A stretch of 64,000 nucleotides of DNA, taken from the NCBI GenBank assembly GCA_964347045.1, contig CAYFXC010000002.1:32001-96000 (forward strand). The letters run 5' to 3'. The notes below the pieces were generated by a model that worked only from the letters and a program-made list of their open reading frames with translations, did no database searches and was not told where the DNA came from. The position numbers were made by a program, and so were the translations under genes. Shown piece by piece: positions 61,457-64,000 of this stretch. This DNA is from an uncultured archaeon. Its GTDB lineage: Archaea; Asgardarchaeota; Hermodarchaeia; Hermodarchaeales; Hermodarchaeaceae. Within the stretch, counting starts at the first letter, position 1, and each line of letters begins with the position of its first letter.

Positions 61457-62968
61457 GTGGTGCCCTTGGCCTTGAAACCAATAAAATTCACTGACACAAC
61501 TTTTCGTGATGCCCACCAATCCCTTCTAGCAACCCGAATGCGAACTGAAGATATGTTACCCATCGCCGAAAAGATGGATCAAGTGGGCTTTAATTCCATG
61601 GAAATATGGGGCGGAGCCACCTTTGATGCACCTCTCCGATTTCTTAAGGAGAATCCGTGGGAACGCCTCCGACAACTTCGAGCGGCCATCAAGAAAACAA
61701 AACTTCAGATGCTTCTACGCGGACAAAATATCGTTGGATACCGTCATTATCCCGACGATACCGTTCGCAAATTTGTTGAACTGGCAGCTAAGAACGGAAT
61801 TGATATTTTCCGTGTTTTCGACGCGTTGAATGATCCCCGGAATATGAAAACAGCATTAAAAGCTATACACAAAGCCGGCGCACATGCACAGCTAAGTTTC
61901 AGTTATACCATTAGCCCGGTTCATAATGTTGAGGCATTTGTACACCAGGCCAAGAATTTAGAGGCGATGGGCGCTGATTCAATATGTATTAAGGATATGG
62001 CGGGGCTTCTGAATCCCTTCATCGCCAGCGAACTTGTTACACGTCTCAAAGAAGAGATATCTGTCCCGATTCAGTTACACTCACATTATACTTCAGGAAT
62101 GGCAAGCATGGCTTACCTTGAAGCTATCAAAGCAGGCGTGGATATTATAGATACAGCAATTTCATCTCTTGCGCAATCTACATCACAACCGCCCCTAGAA
62201 ACCATGGTAGCTATACTCGAAGGAACACCTTGGGATCCAAAACTCGACCTTGAACTATTGTCTGAGATTGCCACCTATATTCTCAATGTCCGTGAACGAT
62301 ATGAAACCTATGAGTGTGGCATGGTTGGAGTGGATACAAACGTTTTGCAATTCCAAGTTCCCGGAGGGATGATGTCCAACCTCGTAAACCAACTTCGCGA
62401 GCAAAACGCATTAGACAAAATGCAAGCAGTTCTTGATGAAGTACCCAGAGTAAGGAAAGAATTAGGATATCCGCCCTTGGTAACTCCTTCTAGTCAAATC
62501 GTTGGAACGCAAGCCACACTCAATGTACTCCTAGGTGAACGTTACAAAACCATCCCAGAGGAAGTGAAGCAATACGTTCGTGGATACTATGGTCGACCAC
62601 CGGCACCTATTGATCCAAAGATTCAGAAGCTAGTAATTGGAGATGAAAAACCGATTACCGGTCGCCCTGCAGATCTGTTGGAACCTGCCATCCCCAAAGC
62701 ACGACGTGAACTCAAAGGCATCACTTCTGAAATAGAAGATATTATCGCCTATATCTTGTTTCCACAACCTGCCCTCGAATTCTTTGAATATCGGAAAGAA
62801 CAGAAAGCCCTTAGTAAGCTCACTCCAGACATTCTCGCGGCAATTACGGCAGCTTTACTTGAAACTCAGCCTACTCCACCTGAGATGCCTACAATTCGAC
62901 GACCTAAAACGAATGGATCAAATCCGTGGGTTCTTGCGGGTCGTCGAGAAGCAATGGGATATGAATAA
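61457..62968 (+). CDS. Pyruvate/oxaloacetate carboxyltransferase (OadA/transcarboxylase 5S-like) with fused epsilon/delta-like tail and no biotinyl domain
   Basis: RDAHQSLLATRM, GGATFD, LLRGQN, IKDMAG, HSH, PPLVTPSSQIVG. GAGGTG RBS precedes GTG 61457. Confidence 0.92.
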   Translation: MVPLALKPIKFTDTTFRDAHQSLLATRMRTEDMLPIAEKMDQVGFNSMEIWGGATFDAPLRFLKENPWERLRQLRAAIKKTKLQMLLRGQNIVGYRHYPDDTVRKFVELAAKNGIDIFRVFDALNDPRNMKTALKAIHKAGAHAQLSFSYTISPVHNVEAFVHQAKNLEAMGADSICIKDMAGLLNPFIASELVTRLKEEISVPIQLHSHYTSGMASMAYLEAIKAGVDIIDTAISSLAQSTSQPPLETMVAILEGTPWDPKLDLELLSEIATYILNVRERYETYECGMVGVDTNVLQFQVPGGMMSNLVNQLREQNALDKMQAVLDEVPRVRKELGYPPLVTPSSQIVGTQATLNVLLGERYKTIPEEVKQYVRGYYGRPPAPIDPKIQKLVIGDEKPITGRPADLLEPAIPKARRELKGITSEIEDIIAYILFPQPALEFFEYRKEQKALSKLTPDILAAITAALLETQPTPPEMPTIRRPKTNGSNPWVLAGRREAMGYE

Positions 62969-62991
62969 CAAGATGTTATGGAGGGTATAGA

Positions 62992-63573
62992 GTGCTTCGT
63001 AAATACAAGCTCACAATCAACAATACGACTATCAACGTCGACGTGGAAAGTCCCAAGGAGGGCAGTCTCATGATTACCATTGGGGAAGCTACATTTTCAG
63101 TGAACCTTACAGATTGTGATCACAGCTCTGGTATCTACAAAGTGAATGTAGGTAATTCCCAATACACAATCATTCTTAAACCCAATCCTGAGACAGCGGA
63201 TTACATGCTTAAGGTTCATAAAGATACATATACTGCAGACATCACGCCGCTCACAGGTACTACAGCTCGGAGTTATCAACCCTCAATCATAGCAGCTCCT
63301 CCAGAATCTAACAACGCATCTTTACCTCAAACTAGTCTTATTGCTCAAGAAATCACTGAGCCAGGTACAGTCACTGCTCCATTGCCTGGTCGTGTTCTTG
63401 AAGTGCGCGTAAAGGAAGGCGATGAAATTAAACGCGGTGATGTACTTCTCGTTTTAGAAGCAATGAAGATGGCAAATGAAATTCGTGCGCCACAAAGTGG
63501 AACAATTAGTACTGTTCATATTCAAGCTGGAGCAACGGTGGAAAAGGGACAGCCTATGATTAGCATCAAATAG
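62992..63573 (+). CDS. Biotin carboxyl carrier protein
   Basis: TAPLPG, LEAMKMANEI. Confidence 0.95.
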   Translation: MLRKYKLTINNTTINVDVESPKEGSLMITIGEATFSVNLTDCDHSSGIYKVNVGNSQYTIILKPNPETADYMLKVHKDTYTADITPLTGTTARSYQPSIIAAPPESNNASLPQTSLIAQEITEPGTVTAPLPGRVLEVRVKEGDEIKRGDVLLVLEAMKMANEIRAPQSGTISTVHIQAGATVEKGQPMISIK

Positions 63574-63662
63574 TGTGTTGCGATTTCATCAAACCAATAA
63601 AATCAGTTACCAGGCGTGAAGAAGAATTTTATAGCAATTTCTGGTCACCTTGTGATTGGGTT

Positions 63663-63806
63663 ATGATTGACATGGCCTGCCCAATGTTTGATGCTCAAAA
63701 TAACATGTGCCAGCAACTAAATCGAAACTTCCCAGAAGGAGCCCGAACTCCATGCGAGTTCGTTAATGATCCAAATCAGTGTCCTATCTGCATGATGTCT
63801 TCCTAG
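63663..63806 (+). CDS. Small Cys-rich hypothetical protein
   Basis: 47 aa with 5 Cys; TTTTATAG TATA-like element upstream. Confidence 0.45.
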   Translation: MIDMACPMFDAQNNMCQQLNRNFPEGARTPCEFVNDPNQCPICMMSS

Positions 63807-64000
63807 CTGTAGATTAGGATCAGACTTCTTTTCTTTTCTGTACACTTCATATCGAAGTGATAGCCCATTTGGGTAAAGCAACTTTGTTGCTTAGCAAAAC
63901 CGTTAAAACAAAAGCACCCTAACAGAACAAGAAAAAAGGAGACATTCTACTCCTCAATTTGATATCATGGGATGGCGACGCCTAATGGTTACAAAAGAGA

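Noticed and set aside
956-62990. Numerous short antisense or overlapping ORFs in the ORF track (e.g. 956..1375, 21360..21758, 39576..39989, 59130..59633)
   Set aside because: They lie within well-supported genes on another frame or strand and have no motifs, so they are treated as shadow ORFs.
59794-63573. Na+-pumping methylmalonyl-CoA/oxaloacetate decarboxylase
   Set aside because: No membrane beta subunit or TM-anchored gamma/delta subunit in the cluster. Not excluded genome-wide.
58728-63922. 13-mer AAAAGCACCCTAA at 58728-58740 and 63910-63922
   Set aside because: Chance 13-mer duplications are expected in 64 kb, and there is no consistent position relative to starts.
1-64000. tRNA, rRNA, CRISPR array, transposase or integrase
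   Set aside because: No T-loop/anticodon cloverleaf, regularly spaced repeats or DDE/tyrosine-recombinase motifs seen by eye. A dedicated scan could still find something small.

Overview
A gene-dense 64 kb window from an anaerobic, heterotrophic archaeon, very probably Asgard (inferred from a Rab-like small GTPase, a longin-like domain, a presenilin-like protease, and archaeal TrpB2, thiolase/DUF35 and form III RuBisCO). It encodes a split oligopeptide ABC system, beta-oxidation enzymes, a 2-oxoacid:ferredoxin oxidoreductase and an oxidative-stress cluster (rubrerythrin, rubredoxin, PC4, desulfoferrodoxin). A large methylmalonyl-CoA cluster (CobO, mutase, epimerase, BirA) lies beside a three-gene set with the composition of a methylmalonyl-CoA:pyruvate transcarboxylase (12S/5S/1.3S-like). 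No biotin carboxylase or Na+-pump beta subunit is present in the window. The 26-37 kb interval holds several decayed or deletion-fused gene fragments. Best leads are: (1) the putative Asgard transcarboxylase with a fused epsilon/delta-like tail; (2) a longin-wHTH-TackOD1-SHOCT protein plus a second TackOD1-like gene converging on a Rab-like GTPase; (3) a presenilin-type GxGD protease; (4) a circularly permuted OppA. I saw no tRNA, rRNA, CRISPR array or intact mobile element. All family calls come from motif recognition by eye; no database searches were run.
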